Source: Eledone cirrhosa (lineage: Eukaryota). From it: 64,000 nucleotides of DNA. Below are positions 14,945 through 29,500 of this stretch, in pieces; position 1 is the stretch's first letter, and the number at the start of each line of letters is the position of its first letter. Below the pieces are notes generated by a model. That model saw only the letters and a list, made by a program, of their open reading frames with translations. It was not told where the DNA came from and searched no databases. The stretch covers positions 33,790,001 through 33,854,000 of the forward strand of contig OZ024744.1 of assembly GCA_964016885.1 (NCBI GenBank). The letters are read 5' to 3'. Position numbers and translations under genes: made by a program.

Positions 14945-15048
<104 letters not shown>

Positions 15049-15286
15049 CTAAAATCTAGCTGTCGTCTGTTCTACAGCGTAGATGTAATTCACTTCGCGC
15101 AGAAGTTTTGTTCAAATTTATTGCGGAAATTTTGTAAGTTCAATTTTAATTTTGATACTATTGTGTAGCTTGACCCCCCGTCTGAACTGTCAGGCGGTGG
15201 GTCAGCTCATCTTTACCCCTCCTAGGGGTGAAAAACCTGTTTTTAAAAATTTTGTGGCATAAAAAAATTTCAATCGTCTGACAGAA

Positions 15287-17189
15287 ATGTTAAACGAAGC
15301 TAACGAAAATAGTGGTGGGGGGATAGCGGTAAGAGTTGTAAGCTCGCACGCTTTAGTCCCCCCTTCCTTCCCAACTAACGTCATAGAGAAGGAAGGAAAA
15401 AATAAAATAAAAACAGACGAATCTGCGGAGAAAAATGACGAAAATACAAATCTGGACATGGATTCCAACAACGAAAAAAAAAAATTTGATAAATTGCATG
15501 ACAATATTAATACCACAAACAAAGACACAACAAACACAAAAATAACATTTGAAAACAACATCATAACAGAAAGCAAAGCAGACGACAAAGTCAACACCAA
15601 TAATATTTCATTTGCACAAACAACAAAGAAATCTTTGACATATATACCTGAAAATATTTCAGATGTGGCACAAAGAATTGCAGACACCAAACAATATATA
15701 ACTGAAGGAGAGAATGGTATTTTATCGGTAAAAATGCCTCAAGAACTCACCAAAGACATTGAAAGTCGAACGGCCGTTTTCCGCACCATCAACAACACTT
15801 TTACAAAACCTGAACAGCCAACTCAAACAGAAATCAAAACAGTAGTCACAGAAGTACTTAATGAAACCACTTTCATAAAAAGAGACAGACTGTATGGAAG
15901 CCTAGCGATTATTATGAAGAACGAATCGGCGGCAAAAAAATGTGCTTTGTCACTGATTCGTTCGAAAATTTTTACCTTTTATCCATCTTATATGGGGAAA
16001 AGAACTCAACGCATATGGCTGGATGCAATGATGCCAGATGTGGACTGCTGCTGGCTCATAGCTGGCTTCATCGATCCAGCGAATGACAACGTGATTTCCA
16101 TTGGGAAAACCACAGGCAATGCGTTCAGTGGAACAGGTATAGAGCTTGTAGTGCAAATGAAGCCTGAACGCATCGCACAAATACCCGACAGAATCCTATT
16201 AGAGGGCCACGGGTATATAAACATTAGCATAGAGGGGAGAAGACCGTCCTGTCATATCTGTGCAGGCAGAGGGCACCTGAAGGCGGCTTGTCCCCAACTC
16301 AACAAAAAGAAAACCCTGCTACCAACACCAGCTCCACCACCACCACCACAACAGATAAACAAACAACAAAACTCAGTCCCACCCAACCCGTCCCTCCGTA
16401 AAACTACACCACCACCACAACACAAACAGTCACAACACATTACCCCAAAACAAAATACAGGCCCACCCAACCCCTCACTCAATAAAACAACACAACCACC
16501 GCAGCCACAACACACAACACAGTCTAACATAGTGACAACCATCTCCCCCACAAAGAAAACCAACACGGAAACATTACCAGCAAACATACCTCTTCCCTCC
16601 AACACTCAAGACAACCCAACGAATTCGGAGGAAGAAACGGAGTCCTTCAGACTTTCAGAAAAGAAAACATGTGCAAAACACACAAGGCCAAACAACCCCT
16701 ACCCAAATGTCAACACAATCCAACAAAACACAAAACACCCCTTCAGCAACAAACAAAACCAAACCTGCCCCTCCCCTCTTCGAAACACTCACACCATCCG
16801 AAAAAAAGACATTACACTATACTTACATCAACAGAAACAATAATAAATTAAATGAACTCATAAACAATAATCCTTCGGTACAAACCGAAGGTGTAAACTT
16901 GGTTTCTTCAGAAAACTACCCACATTTAAAATTAATAAAGATCCCAATGAACCTCTACCAAAAACTAAAAAAGGATTTTAAGGAGGACGTAGGACCACCC
17001 TCTGTCAAACCCATAAACCGCGTCCTACTAAAAAGCTTTCCCCCTCCCCTTCCCCTCCCCAACACAACTCCAAATACCCCAACCCCACCACACACTGACG
17101 ACCCCACACCACCACAAGACACCCCTTCACCCAACACCTCCGACCCCATGGAAGTCGTGCGACCCGAACCACGGGAAGCAGAAAGGTAG
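15287..17189 (+). pseudogene. Tx1 copy 2 ORF1 (CCHC zinc knuckle, P/Q/T-rich linker, conserved C-terminal block), one frameshift
   Basis: ORFs 15287-16843 and 16671-17189, with a C-x2-C-x4-H-x4-C knuckle. Confidence 0.85.
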
Positions 17190-17222
17190 GTATCTACACT
17201 CTCCTTTGGCTCTGCCGCCCAC

Positions 17223-20200
17223 ATGGATGTGTTAAGAGTAGGATGTTTGAATGCACGTGGCCTGGGCTCAACTTGGAAGCAAGCAAAGCTTCTAAATGAC
17301 CTCAGGTCATGTGGTATAAATGTAATGGTTATCTGTGAGACTCGGATCAGCGTCGTGCGGCAGCTGGCCGCTACCTTCGATGACTTTGAGGTGCATGCAT
17401 CTCTCTGTCAACCTGGAGGTGGGGGTGGGGTTCTCGTACTGCTGCAAAAACACCTGGGTCTCGCCGTACAGGTTGTTCACTCGGACCCGGAGGGTCGTTT
17501 GTTGGTGCTAGACGTTGGCAGTAGTGAAGGTGCGGCCTTGAGACTGGTTGCCGTCTACTCCCCTTTCGGAGCTGAACGGCCCGACTTCTTCCAGCGTTTG
17601 GAGACTTTTCTGGGAACGTCGCGTTCCCTGCTTCTAGCGGGGGATTGGAATGACATCCTAGATGCACGTTGGGACTATGTAAGAGCATGTCCTAATAGAG
17701 GGGGGTGTAACAGCTTCAGGGGTTACTCGACCGTTTTAACTTGGTCGATAGATATCGACTAGATTTTCAAACTGTGCCTACCTGGACTTGGACGAACCAC
17801 AGTGGTCAATCTAGATGGTACTTAGATAGATTCTTAGTTAGAAGTAAGGATAGGGACATATTAAGCTGTCCAGAAATGCTCACTGTTGACTATACGGATC
17901 ACAAATTAGTGACCTGCGTAGTCAATCTCGAGAAAACACATAAACAGGTCCCGGTTACTGGAAACTTAATTTGTCTTTACCGGCAAAAGAGATTTACAGA
18001 AACCGGATTAGCAGATTAGTTAAGGAGAGGTTGACGGGTGCAATCGTCAACAACCGATGGTGGGCATCTCTCAAAAGAGAGATTAGAACAGAATCAATCA
18101 GTTATAGCAAGATGTTAGCTGCCGATAGGAATAGAAACGAGAAAGAATTAACAAGTAAATTAGAAGAGGCAATCAAGAGCGAAGATGTGGCCAGAGTGTT
18201 GGCATCGAGGACGGCCATGAACCAGTTTTTCGATGCAAAGCACGAAGGCTGCGTCATTCGAAGTAAAATACGTGCTCTAGGTAATGAGGGAGCCAAAGCC
18301 GTTGGCTGGGCCCGCGTGACAGAAGCTAAGAGTGGAAATCGATCCACCATCCGGTCTTTGCAAGACGAGGATGGACGGGTGATCCGGGAGCCTAAGCAGA
18401 TGTGCGAGGCCTTTCAAAGGCACTTTGCCCGATTATTCGTGGGAGGCGAGGGTCCGGGCGGCGACTTGGATTTCGGTCCATACCTCGACGGCCTGCCGCG
18501 TCTCTCGAGCGAAGAGGCAGAGTCCTGCGAGGGACCAATCTCGGCTGATGAGATCGGGGATGCGCTGAGCCAATGCAGCAGACGGAAATCTCCAGGTCTC
18601 GATGGTATACCTTACGAACTTTATTTAGCAATGCAGGTCTTCTTCTCCGAACTCCTCGAAGCGGTCTACTGCAATTGGCAGCAGAACGGGAGAATTCCTT
18701 GTTCTGTAGCCAAGGGCGTAGTCTCGCAGGTGAGGAAGGACGAGAACAAGGGGGATAGTATAAATAATTTACGGCCCATAACCCTGCTTAACACAGAGTT
18801 AAGGATTTTGGCCAAGGTGTTAGCAAAGAGGTTGGCGCTTGTCGTGGGTGGCCTGGTGGGAGATGCGCAGACATGTGGTATCCCATCCAGGTCCATTCAC
18901 GATAACCTCCACCTCATGCGATACATCATAGAGAGGGTTGGCAACAAACCCGGCTTCGGTGGGGCCCTGATCAACTTGGATCAGTCTAAGGCCTTCGATA
19001 GAGTCGACCATGGTTACCTGGATGCGGTGCTAGTGGCGGCTGGGTTCGGTCCTGTTTTCAGAGGCTGGATCACTGCCTTACATAGCAACCACATCTGTTC
19101 TAGGATCAAGGTGAACGGCTACCTTTCGAAGCCGTTCGAAATCACACGATCCATTCGACAGGGGTGCCCTCTCTCCTCCCTTCTGTACGTATTGACTCTC
19201 GAGCCTTTACTGAGGAAGTTGGAGTTGTTGCAGGGTATCCCCCTGGAACCAGGATTGAGCAAAGCGGTGTCGGCCTACGCCGATGACGTAACAGTAATGG
19301 TATCGACCGACTCGGAGATCGAGGCGATCGGTACTTTACTGGAGGAGTACGAAAGGTTGTCAGGAGCGAAACTGAACCGGGAAAAATCCATCGGGCTGCA
19401 ACTCGGAACGTGGAGAGGCAGACCGATGCCTCCTGACGGTGTCGTCGGACACTGGACGGAGGGCCCGGTAAAGTTGCTTGGGGTCTGGTTTGGACCGGAC
19501 CTCCAGGTGGAAAAGAACTGGAACGAGGTTACGAACAAGGTGTTTGCACTAACCCAGAATGGGCCAAGTGTAAGCTGTCCCTAAAAGGCCGGGCGGAGGT
19601 GGCGAACATTTACATAGCGTCCGTCACTTACTGCCGCCTGACTGTCGTGCCTTGCCCTAAGGAAACACTCACCACCATGGAACGCATGCTCTTCCAATTT
19701 CTTTGGAAGAAGCGCCCTGCTATGGTGAGAAGATCCATCTGCTGCCAACAACCTTCGAAAGGAGGGCTGGGGATGCCGTGGTTGATGATGCGTAGGCACG
19801 CATTAAGGCTACGGCACCTACAGGTATTCCTCACTGGTCAACCGGTGTGGGCTCCGTTCGTGAAACGAGCCTTTCCGAGACTCGTCTCGCTCACCGAGCT
19901 ACAGTCCTGGGTCAAGCAAAGATCCGGAAAACTGGGAGACTGGCACACTGAGTGTGCTCAGGCGCTCAGGGCTCTCTGGCAAGCGGGCCAGGCCATCGGT
20001 GGAGAATCCACCTCATCATTCTATAGAGGGCTGGTGGCTAGCAGGGGCGATGACACCCTTGGAGAGTCGCTGGACATGGAAGAAGACGAACTGGCCAGCC
20101 TGTTTGGTAGGACTTTCGGCCCAGGACCAATGGACAACTTCCAGAAGTCACTGGCCTGGCAGTGCTACCGGGGGGCTCTACCCGTTCGAGAGAGGCTCTA

Positions 20201-20657
20201 CAGACACGGGCGCCCGGGCAGGGATCCCTCAAAAAAGATTTGCCCTAGATGCGTGCGTCACGAAGAAACCGTTGCGCACGCATTGGTGCAATGTCCGGGC
20301 GTGGCTGATCTGTGGGGCTACGCCGAACGACTGCTGTCGCGGGTGGCGCCGATTAAATTGACCGCCGAGTCCGTGATGACAATCAAACCGCCTCCCCTCT
20401 TCACAAAGGAAGCAAAGGCGGTTTTTCTGTGCGTAATAGCCATGTTGAAAGAGGTTGTTTGGTGGACACGATTGAAAGGTCTGAGGTCAGGCAACTTCCT
20501 CTCTGGCCATAGTCTGGTCTACTTCTTCCGATATCACTTCGGAAGAAGGATAAGAATGGAGAGAGAGGTGCTTGGCCACAGGCAGTTTTATGAAAGGTGG
20601 GTGATAGTGGCGAGAATGGCTCGTGTAAATGGACCTTCTCTGTATACCATCCTGTAG
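17223..20657 (+). pseudogene. Tx1 copy 2 ORF2 (EN-RT-CCHC), about 3 frameshifts
   Basis: ORFs 17223-17762, 17741-18019, 17971-19584 and 19599-20657. Motifs KSPGLDG, RPITLLN, YADD, CPRC..ETVAHALVQC. Confidence 0.93.
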
Positions 20658-20882
20658 GTAAAGAAGTAAAGGAGAGGGGAGCACCTTCTCCATGTGCTCC
20701 CCGGGCAAAGGATTGCACACTTTTTCGGGGGTGTGTGCAACCCCCATCACGTCCCCTCCCTTTTGAGGTTATTTTCGATTATTTTCATGTTACACCCTTT
20801 TTACTCGATTATATGTAAACTCCCCCTTTGTATTTGTCCCTTCTTTTTATGCCTTTATGGTAAATAAAGAAATATATCTATC

Positions 20883-23800
20883 TTCTCTCCGTCTTGGGAT
20901 GGACACGTGCAAAACGTTCTCGGTAAGTTCTATTTAAATTTCTCTAGAAATTTGTCAATCGGTACATTCATTTTTACTTCAATTTGTAGAGGGACTGCCA
21001 GGTCAAATTTTTATCTGGTCAGTGTCTCAAAATACCCGATTAAAACGAGCCAATACATCTTCTTCCCGACATACATAGGAAGTAGAACGCATACAATAAG
21101 GGTGTCCCAGATCCCACCGAACACCAATATTTGGTGGATCCTGGGTGGCTTTTTGGAGGGGGGTGAAGACACCCTCCTCTCTGTAAAGAAGTCAACCAGG
21201 TATCATTGGAATGGGACCTCAGTGGAACTCCTGGTTCAAATGAGAGCAGAAATAATATCAAAGATACCCGAAAGGGTACCTATTGATAACAATCATGTTA
21301 TCAACATTACAGTGGAGGGGAAAAAACCACAGTGTTTTAAATGTGGAAAAGACACACATATAAAAGCATTCTACCCAATGCTACACAAACAAAAAAAAAG
21401 TGTTGATGCCAACACCCAAACCCCAATAGCAACACCCGGAAACCTAGAACACAACCCAAAACCATCAACATCCACTCCACCATCACAAACCGAAGAAGAC
21501 ATCACACCAAAAATTCCCTTGAAGGACTTTATTCTACCTCTCCCCTTCTGTCTAACACTTCCACAAACACACACAAACATTCCCCCCACCATTCAAGATA
21601 CCTCTCCCACATATCCACGATGATAACACCACAGACGCGGGAACCTCTACATTTCCAAGTGAGGATGAAAAGGAGCCCCACAACTCTAAAAAACAAAAAT
21701 AAGAGACACCGCAAAAACACAAAAGCACCATCACCAACACAAACACACAAACACCACAACAAACGGCAACTACATCAACAACACAGACATTACCACAAAT
21801 GACAACCACACCAACAACACAGACACCACAACAACTACCGCCCCCCCCTACCAGCAAAACAAACACCAACACCACCACAACCACAAATGTCCACCATCAA
21901 AAGAAAATTAGACAACAAACAAGAAACAGAAACCTCACAACAAAATATCAAACCACACTACACATACATTAACACCATAACTAAAGACCTAATGGAGGCC
22001 ATCATGAAAGACCCCACTATTCAGACAGAAGGAAAAACCTTCACAAGCCCAAGTACAACACCACACATGAAACTAATAAGACTTCAGACAGAAACTTACA
22101 GTTTTCTTAAAGGTAACTTTCCCCACGATGTTGGACTTCCGTGCCAAAAACCCCTCAACTGTGTGCTACTGAATAGTTTCCCCCATCTCCCCAAACACCC
22201 CAACCACCACCAACATGGAGATCGAACAACCCGGCTTCCAGGAAACCAAAGGTCAAGTATTCCGGCCATAACTCTTCTTCACCAGCATGGCCACTATACA
22301 AGTTGAATGTTTGAATGTGCGTCGCCTATGGATATCCTGGAGACAGGGCCAAATTTTAAATTACCTCCGGTCACACCGTATCGATGTGATAGCCGTCACC
22401 GATTCCAGGATTCACGACAAGCAGCAGTTAATCCCCATGTTCGATGACTTTGAGAACTACGCATCTCTCTGTCGGCCAGCAGGTGGAGGGGGAGTTACTG
22501 TTCTGTTTCGAAAAACCTGGATCTCAAAGAACAGAGGATTCACTTAGACCCGGAGGGCAGCATGGTGGTCCTAGACGTGAATAGTGGTGAAAGTGGAGCT
22601 TTCATACTGGTGGCCGTATATGTCCCGACTGGGACATCGTGACTGGAGTTCTTTAAGCGTCAGGAGTCCTTCCTGGGAACGTCTCGCTCTTTACTGTTAG
22701 CGGGGGACTTGAATGGGATCTTGGGCGCACGTTGAGACTATGTAGGTGCATGTGATAGCAGAGGAGGGTGTAATAGCCTCAAAAATCTTATCAGCCAATT
22801 CCAACTAGCTGATGTATATCAACTAGATTTCCCAAGTGCACCACTGTGGATGTGGAGCAACCGCACTGGGTCTTCTAGATCGTATTTAGATAGATTTCTA
22901 ATTAGTCAAAATGATAGGGAAACATTAAGCTGTCCACAAATGCACATGGTTGCCTATTCAGACTACAAATTAGTGACCTGCATAGTCAACCTTGATAGAA
23001 CACATAAACAGGAACCCGGATACTGGAAGCTAAACATATCGCTCCCGACGCGTAAAGACTTCAGTAAACGGATTAGCACCTTAGTTAAACTCCAGTTGAC
23101 GGGGACCATCGTAAACAACAGGTGGTGGAGCTCTCTCAAGAGAAAAATTAGAATGGAATCAAAAACCTTTGGCAAGGAAGTAGCTTTAGAGAAGAACAAA
23201 ACTGAAAAGGAACTGGTAGTCAGAGTAGAAGAGGCACTTAGAAGTGACACTACAGCTGACGTGCTATCGGCGAGAACGGCACTAGACTAGTTATTCAACG
23301 TGAAACACGAAGGTTGTATTGTCAGAAGTAGAACACATCTTCTGAGAAACAAAGGAGCGAAAATTGTTAGCGGGCCCCGAGTGGCAGAGGCGAAAACTGG
23401 CAACAAATCCACAATTCGATCTTTGGAAAACCAAGACGGACGCATACTACTTGAATCCAAGCAGATGTGCACGATCTTCCAGCAGCACTTTGCACAACTG
23501 AACGGGAAGAGTGGTGTATCGAGTGGAGTAATGGACTTCAGTTCCTACCTCGACGCCCTACGGTGACTCTCGAACACGGATACGGAGAGCAGCGAAAGGC
23601 CGATCACAGCGGGCGAAACAGAAGACGTCCTAGGCCACTGTGGGAAACGCAAATCACCCGGTTTAGATGGTCTACCTATGAGTTTTACATAGGCATGCCA
23701 GACTTGTTCTCTGACCGCCTCGAAGCTGTCTACTGTAACTGGCAGGAGAACGGGAGAATTCCCAGTTCAGTAAGCGGGGGCGTAGTAACGTAGATCAGGA

Positions 23801-25906
23801 AAGATGAGAAAAAAGGGGATAACAATCAAATTCAGACCTATAACTGCTCAAAACAAAGTTTAAGATTTTGGGTAAGTTGTTAACAACGAGGCTGGCGCTT
23901 GTCGTCGAGAACCTGGTAGGGGAAGCGCAAACGTGTGCAATCCCGACCCGGTCCATACACGACAACCTCCACCTTATGTGATACATCCTAGAGAGGATAG
24001 GGTGTCAACCTGGCTACGGTGGGGCTCTGATCAATTTAGATCAATCTAAGGCATTTGATAGGGTCGACCATCAATACTTGGAAGCGGTTCTCAAAGCGGC
24101 CGGCTTCGGTCCCGTCTTCACAGGCTGGATCGCTACCATGCACAGCAACATCTCGACAGTCAAGGTGAATGGTTACCTATCGGAGCCATTCCAAATCATG
24201 CGTTCTATCTGTCAAGGTGCCCTCTCTCCTCCATTCTTTATGCGCTGACTCTCGAGCCACCACTGCGTAAGTTTGAGCTATTGCAGGGCATCCCAATGGA
24301 ACCAGGACTGCGAAAAGCAGCGTTGGCCTATGCCGACGACTTGACCGTAATGGTGTCGAAAACTTCGGAAATCGGGGTGATCGTCAACTTATTACAGGAA
24401 TAAGATCCGTTGACAGGAGCAAAGCTAAACCCGAACAAATCTGCCGCTTTGCAACTCGGCACATGGAGAGGCAAACCCATGCCGTCCGACAACGTTATTG
24501 GACGCTCGACAAAAACTGGAACAAGGTCACGGCGAAGATATTTGCACTCACTCGGTTGTGGACTGAGTGCAAACTCTCCTTAAAAGGTCGCGCGAAGGTG
24601 ACGAACACTTACATAGCGTCCGTCATCTACTACCGCTTGACAGTCGTGCTTTGTCCCCGCAATCACCACACCAAAATGGAATGTCTACTTCAAGTTCCTC
24701 TGGAAGAAACAGGCTCCATTAGTGAGGAGATCTATCTGCTGCCAACACCCTTCTAACAGGCCTGGGCATGCCGTGGCTGATGATGCGCAAACACGCGCTG
24801 AGGCTACGGCATCTCCGGGTATTCCTGACCGGTGGACCGGTGTGGTTGTCGTTTGTGAGACGAGCACTTCCACAACTCGTCTCACTAACAGAGCTGCAGT
24901 CCTGCGTCAAGCGCAGACCGAAAATGGACGCCTTGAACTTCGAGTGCATTTAGGCGCTCACAGCCCTCTACCAAGCGGGAACGGCAATCAGCAGACACTC
25001 CACTTCGACATTCTATAGGGGATTAGTGGAGGATAAGTGCGGTGACGTTCTCGGGGAAATTCTAGGCATCGAGGAAGACGAACTGACTAGTCTATTCGGG
25101 AGAACTTTCCGTCCAGAACCTATGGATAACTTCCAGAGGTCTCTAGCCTGGCAGTGCCACCGAGGAGCTCTGCCAGTTCGAGACAAAATCTACAGGCACG
25201 GACGCCCTGGCAGAGATCCTGCCAAAACGACCCGTCCAAGATGCGAGCAGGACATCGAAACCGTTCTGCACGCAATTGTTCAGTGCCCATGGGTGACCGA
25301 CCTGTGGAATTATGTCGAACAACTACTGTCACGTGTGGGACGCATCCAGTTGTCAGCCGAGTCCATCGCGAGGATCACCCCGCCGCCTTCATTTAAGAAC
25401 GAAGGAGAGGCGGTTTTCCTCTGTCTGGTGGCTATGGCTAAAGAGGTAATATGGTCGACGAGGTTAAAAGGACTGAGGGCAAACACCTTTCTATCCGGAC
25501 AACAACTCCCCCTTCTTTAAGTACCACTTCAGAAGGAAGGTGATAGTAGAGAGAGAGGTGCTACACCCCAATAAATTCGCTGAAAGGTGGGTAAATGTGG
25601 CGAAAATGGCCCGAGTAAATGGACATTCTCTGTATATAAACCTGTAGGTTGAGGAAGATAAACAGAGGGAAGACGGGAACATATACAAAACGTGTTCCTG
25701 GTGGCGAGGGTTGTTCTATCCATGGGGTGTAAAACAACCCTGCAGTAACGTTACCCCCCCCCCCCCATGGGGATTTCGATTGTTATTTTATTTTAATATA
25801 TAGTTTTTTGTTATTTATTAATTTTAAATTTATATGATTTTTATGTAAAAACCCCGCCGTCTTGTAATGTCCCTTTTTTGTACGCCCCTGTGGCAAATAA
25901 GGAAAT
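20883..25906 (+). mobile_element. Tx1-like LINE, copy 3, more divergent subfamily, decayed, ORF1 N-terminus deleted
   Basis: CFKCGKDTHIKA knuckle remnant and EN/RT fragments 22287-25647 homologous to copies 1 and 2. 3' AATAAGGAAAT is followed by (CTAT)n(CTGT)n. Confidence 0.9.
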
Positions 25907-26072
25907 CTATCTATCGATCTATCTATCTGTCTGTCTGTCTATCTATCTATCTCTCTGTATATCTATAAATCTATCTAAACATCCATCCATACATACATAT
26001 ATACATCTCTTTATCTATTTTAGTGAATAAACGAACGTACATATGCACACACTCAGAGCAATGTACACACAC

Positions 26073-26116
<44 letters not shown>

Positions 26117-27095
26117 ATATTTGTATATATGTATATATGTATTTATGTATGTATATATGTATATATGTATATATGTATGTATATATTTATGTATATATAT
26201 GTGTGTATGTGTGTGTGTGTGCATGTGTGTATGTATGTATGTATTTATGTATGTATATATGTATGTATATATGTATGTATATATTTATGTCAGGTCACCA
26301 GTTGGTGCTACTGGTAACATGTATCCCAGTACAACCTGTCTCATGGTCGGGTCGTTGACGACTAAACTGGCAGCCCCACCAAGGTGAGGAGGGTGACTTT
26401 GGACATCCTGCAGGACTAAAAACAAAACCTGTCAAAGGACAAAGGAGTTCTTAAGAGTCAATGGCCATCCAAAATCACCGAGAGAGATGACCCCTTAGCC
26501 TTTGTCAAGGCAGAATTCTAGGAGAAGGAAAACTCTGATATAACACCTGCAACCATGATGGTATCCAATGATGTTGACTTGTTCTTCTTTTTGGTAAATA
26601 TCATCTTGGTTAAGAGAGTGGGACTGGCTTTGTGCAGTGCCTTTGTTCACTATAAAAGCTTCACGGCACAGGCATTGCTTTATATCTGGAGATCTCTCTG
26701 CACTTGTCGTCACATGGTACCATGGGCCCAGCACTATGTGTCAATAATTGTCACAAGCGTAGTGTTTGTACCAGAGTTTTCAAGTCGCTGGCTGGACTAA
26801 AAAGTCACACTCGTTCAGCGCATCAGTAGGGGTTCTCCTACATGGATATAAAGTAGTGGCCGTACTCGAAAACGAGTTGGCAGCCACCATGTATTTATTT
26901 ATGTATGTATTTATGTGTGTGTGCATGTTTGTATATATGTATGTATATGTATGTATGTATATATGTATATATATATGTATGTATGTATTATGTATGTATG
27001 TATTTGTGTATGTATATATATGTCTATGTATGAATGAATGCATGTATATATACATATGTGTAAGTATATGCCTAAGTCTGTACGTATATATGTAC

Positions 27096-27136
<41 letters not shown>

Positions 27137-27833
27137 ACGTTTACTAGTAACATATATGTGCGTGTACATGTTTGCATGTGTGCATGTGTATAAATAACAT
27201 AGCTTTAAATACTGGTCTTTCCCCCACCGCACCCTCGCAATAAATGACGGGGACAAGAAAGGAAGTATTCACTTAAAACAATATATAATTAGTGATATAT
27301 CTAACTATTTGTCGTCAGAAATAAAATGTATATTTAAAAACAATAAAGGGTGAACACAAAGTCTTACATTTAATGTTTATTTAAAATCCTCATTGAAAGA
27401 TTATTTGCGACATGTGCAGCATGATGTTGTCATGCGCCTTCTCACTGCAGATGTGCCAAACATTTAATTTTAACGTTCCATTTTCATGCAAAATTTACTT
27501 TCAATTTTCCTTTTTCAGTCTTTCTAACTATCTACAGGCGTCGAATTAGCAGAGTCGTTAGAACGTCTAATACAGAATACTCTGTGGTATTCGTTCTGTC
27601 TCTCTACTCTCTGAGTTCAAATCCCGCCGAGGTCGACTTTGCCTTTCATCCTTTCGAGATAAATAAATTAAAAAAAGTACCAGTCTAGTACTGGAGTCAA
27701 TTCTTCCTCTAATATCTCTTTCTTACTTTCTAACCCTTCGCTGGAAGAAATCTGCTGTACTCAGGTCCAGAGATGGGATGGGCAGGAGTTACGGGATCAC
27801 GCCATACCATACCGTCTACATTTCCATATACTT

Positions 27834-28450
27834 TCTTCTTCTTCTTCTTCTTCTTCTTCTTCTTCTTCTTCTTCTTCTTCTTCTTCTTCTTCTTCTTCTT
27901 CTTCTTCTTCTTCTTCTTCTTCTTCTTCTTCTTCTTCTTCTTCTTCAGAGGGTTGTGAGCAGAGTCCTCAAACACTCCCTCCAGCGGGTCTTATCAGAAT
28001 CAACCGTCTCCAACTGATCCGGCTGGAACCCCAATCGTGACCAGCCAATCTCATGGATGTTATCCAACCATCTTGCTCGGGGTCTACCCCTGGGTCTCTT
28101 ACCAGTTTGTTTTGCCCGCAAAATCTCTTCAGCGATTCTTTACTGAGACATTCTAACCAGATGTCCATAGTATCGAAGCTGTGATCTCTCAATTTGTAGA
28201 AGTAGCGGCTATACCTGGAGTAACTCTCTCATCTCCGAGCTACACATTTTATCGAGTAATGTTACTCCAAAGACCCTTCGGAGGAACCACCTTTTGGCCG
28301 CTTGTATTCATGATCAGTCATTACCTACGATTCATGACCATAGGTAAGGGTTTGCACGAAAATCAAATTGAAGATAGTGAGTTTGGCTTTTACACCTCCG
28401 TCCCTTTATCTGATTACTGAATGCTGAAGCTGGCGTATTACTGCACCAGA
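27834..28450 (-). mobile_element. RTE LINE 3' fragment with (GAA)n tail (single-unit relative of the satellite)
   Basis: ORF 27968-28192 matches 50748-50930. (TTC)n at 27834-27946. Confidence 0.85.
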
Positions 28451-28827
28451 TTTTAGCAATACTTTCTTGTTTAATTAAATTATATAACGTTTGCAATAAA
28501 AATAATTGAAAGATAGAGAGTAGTGGCCTCTGTCTAGGCGATATATCTCAGCTGTGTTCCGCAGACAAGATGACGAATTCATTGCTGTGTAGTAAGTCAG
28601 TTGCATCCGCAACATCAGTCACTCAGAGTGCACCCTTAAGCAGGATTCACTCCGGATTTTGCGGAGAAAAACACCAGATGACTCGATGAAAACGAAGAGG
28701 TTCGTCAAGTCCCAATATTTGGCTATCTTCCTCTACTCTCCGTTAAGGGCGGCAGTTATTAGGTTTGTGGCCAAAGTCACCATATTAGCGACACACCTCC
28801 CCCAGAAAAGGGGTTAATATAGTTAAG

Positions 28828-28889
<62 letters not shown>

Positions 28890-29149
28890 GAGAGTGACAG
28901 AGAGACAAAAAAGAATCTATCATGACGTTCAGACACTGCGTCTGGCAGGAAGGTTTCTTCTCCGCTGTAGCCAAGACAAATGTGATCGCATGGAGGACAA
29001 GATTGAAAAGACTTAATACATACACTTTCGTATTTGCCTAGACCATCATCATTTTATTGAAGTACTACTTCGAGAGAAATGATAATGATCATCATCCAGT
29101 TTTTTGATTATGCAGGACACAATTAAAAAAAATCGTCCCGCTCCATGAG

Positions 29150-29500
29150 TTTCTGTCAACCGGTCTCAATTGAGCCAGGCCAACTTAGCTTGATCCCGAT
29201 AGACATCCTCCATCCAAGTCCTTTTTGTCTTTCTGGGCCTCTACTGTGCTCGTCATGGCCGTACCACCGCATGTGTCTCGCGTGAAGCACATCCTCGAGG
29301 TCGTTGATCAACAGTATTTTCAGGAGCTCAGTTGAGCTGAGAGCATCTTCAGGGGTCACACCGCACATGCAGCGGATCATAGCTCTGACATTTCTTCTGA
29401 GCCGATTCACTCAGTCGGATGACATGGTTCAGGTTTCACTGGCGTGGAGCAACACGCTTCTCACACAGGCGTTGTAAATTCGCCCCTTGGTGACTAATGG
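29150..29500 (-). mobile_element. RTE/RTE-X-like LINE 3' fragment
   Basis: MIRCMCGV..LEDVLHARHMRWYGH. Confidence 0.7.

Noticed and set aside
26290-26890. RTE-like 5' UTR with possible HDV-type ribozyme
   Set aside because: I could not establish the nested pseudoknot by eye, and the element identity is uncertain.
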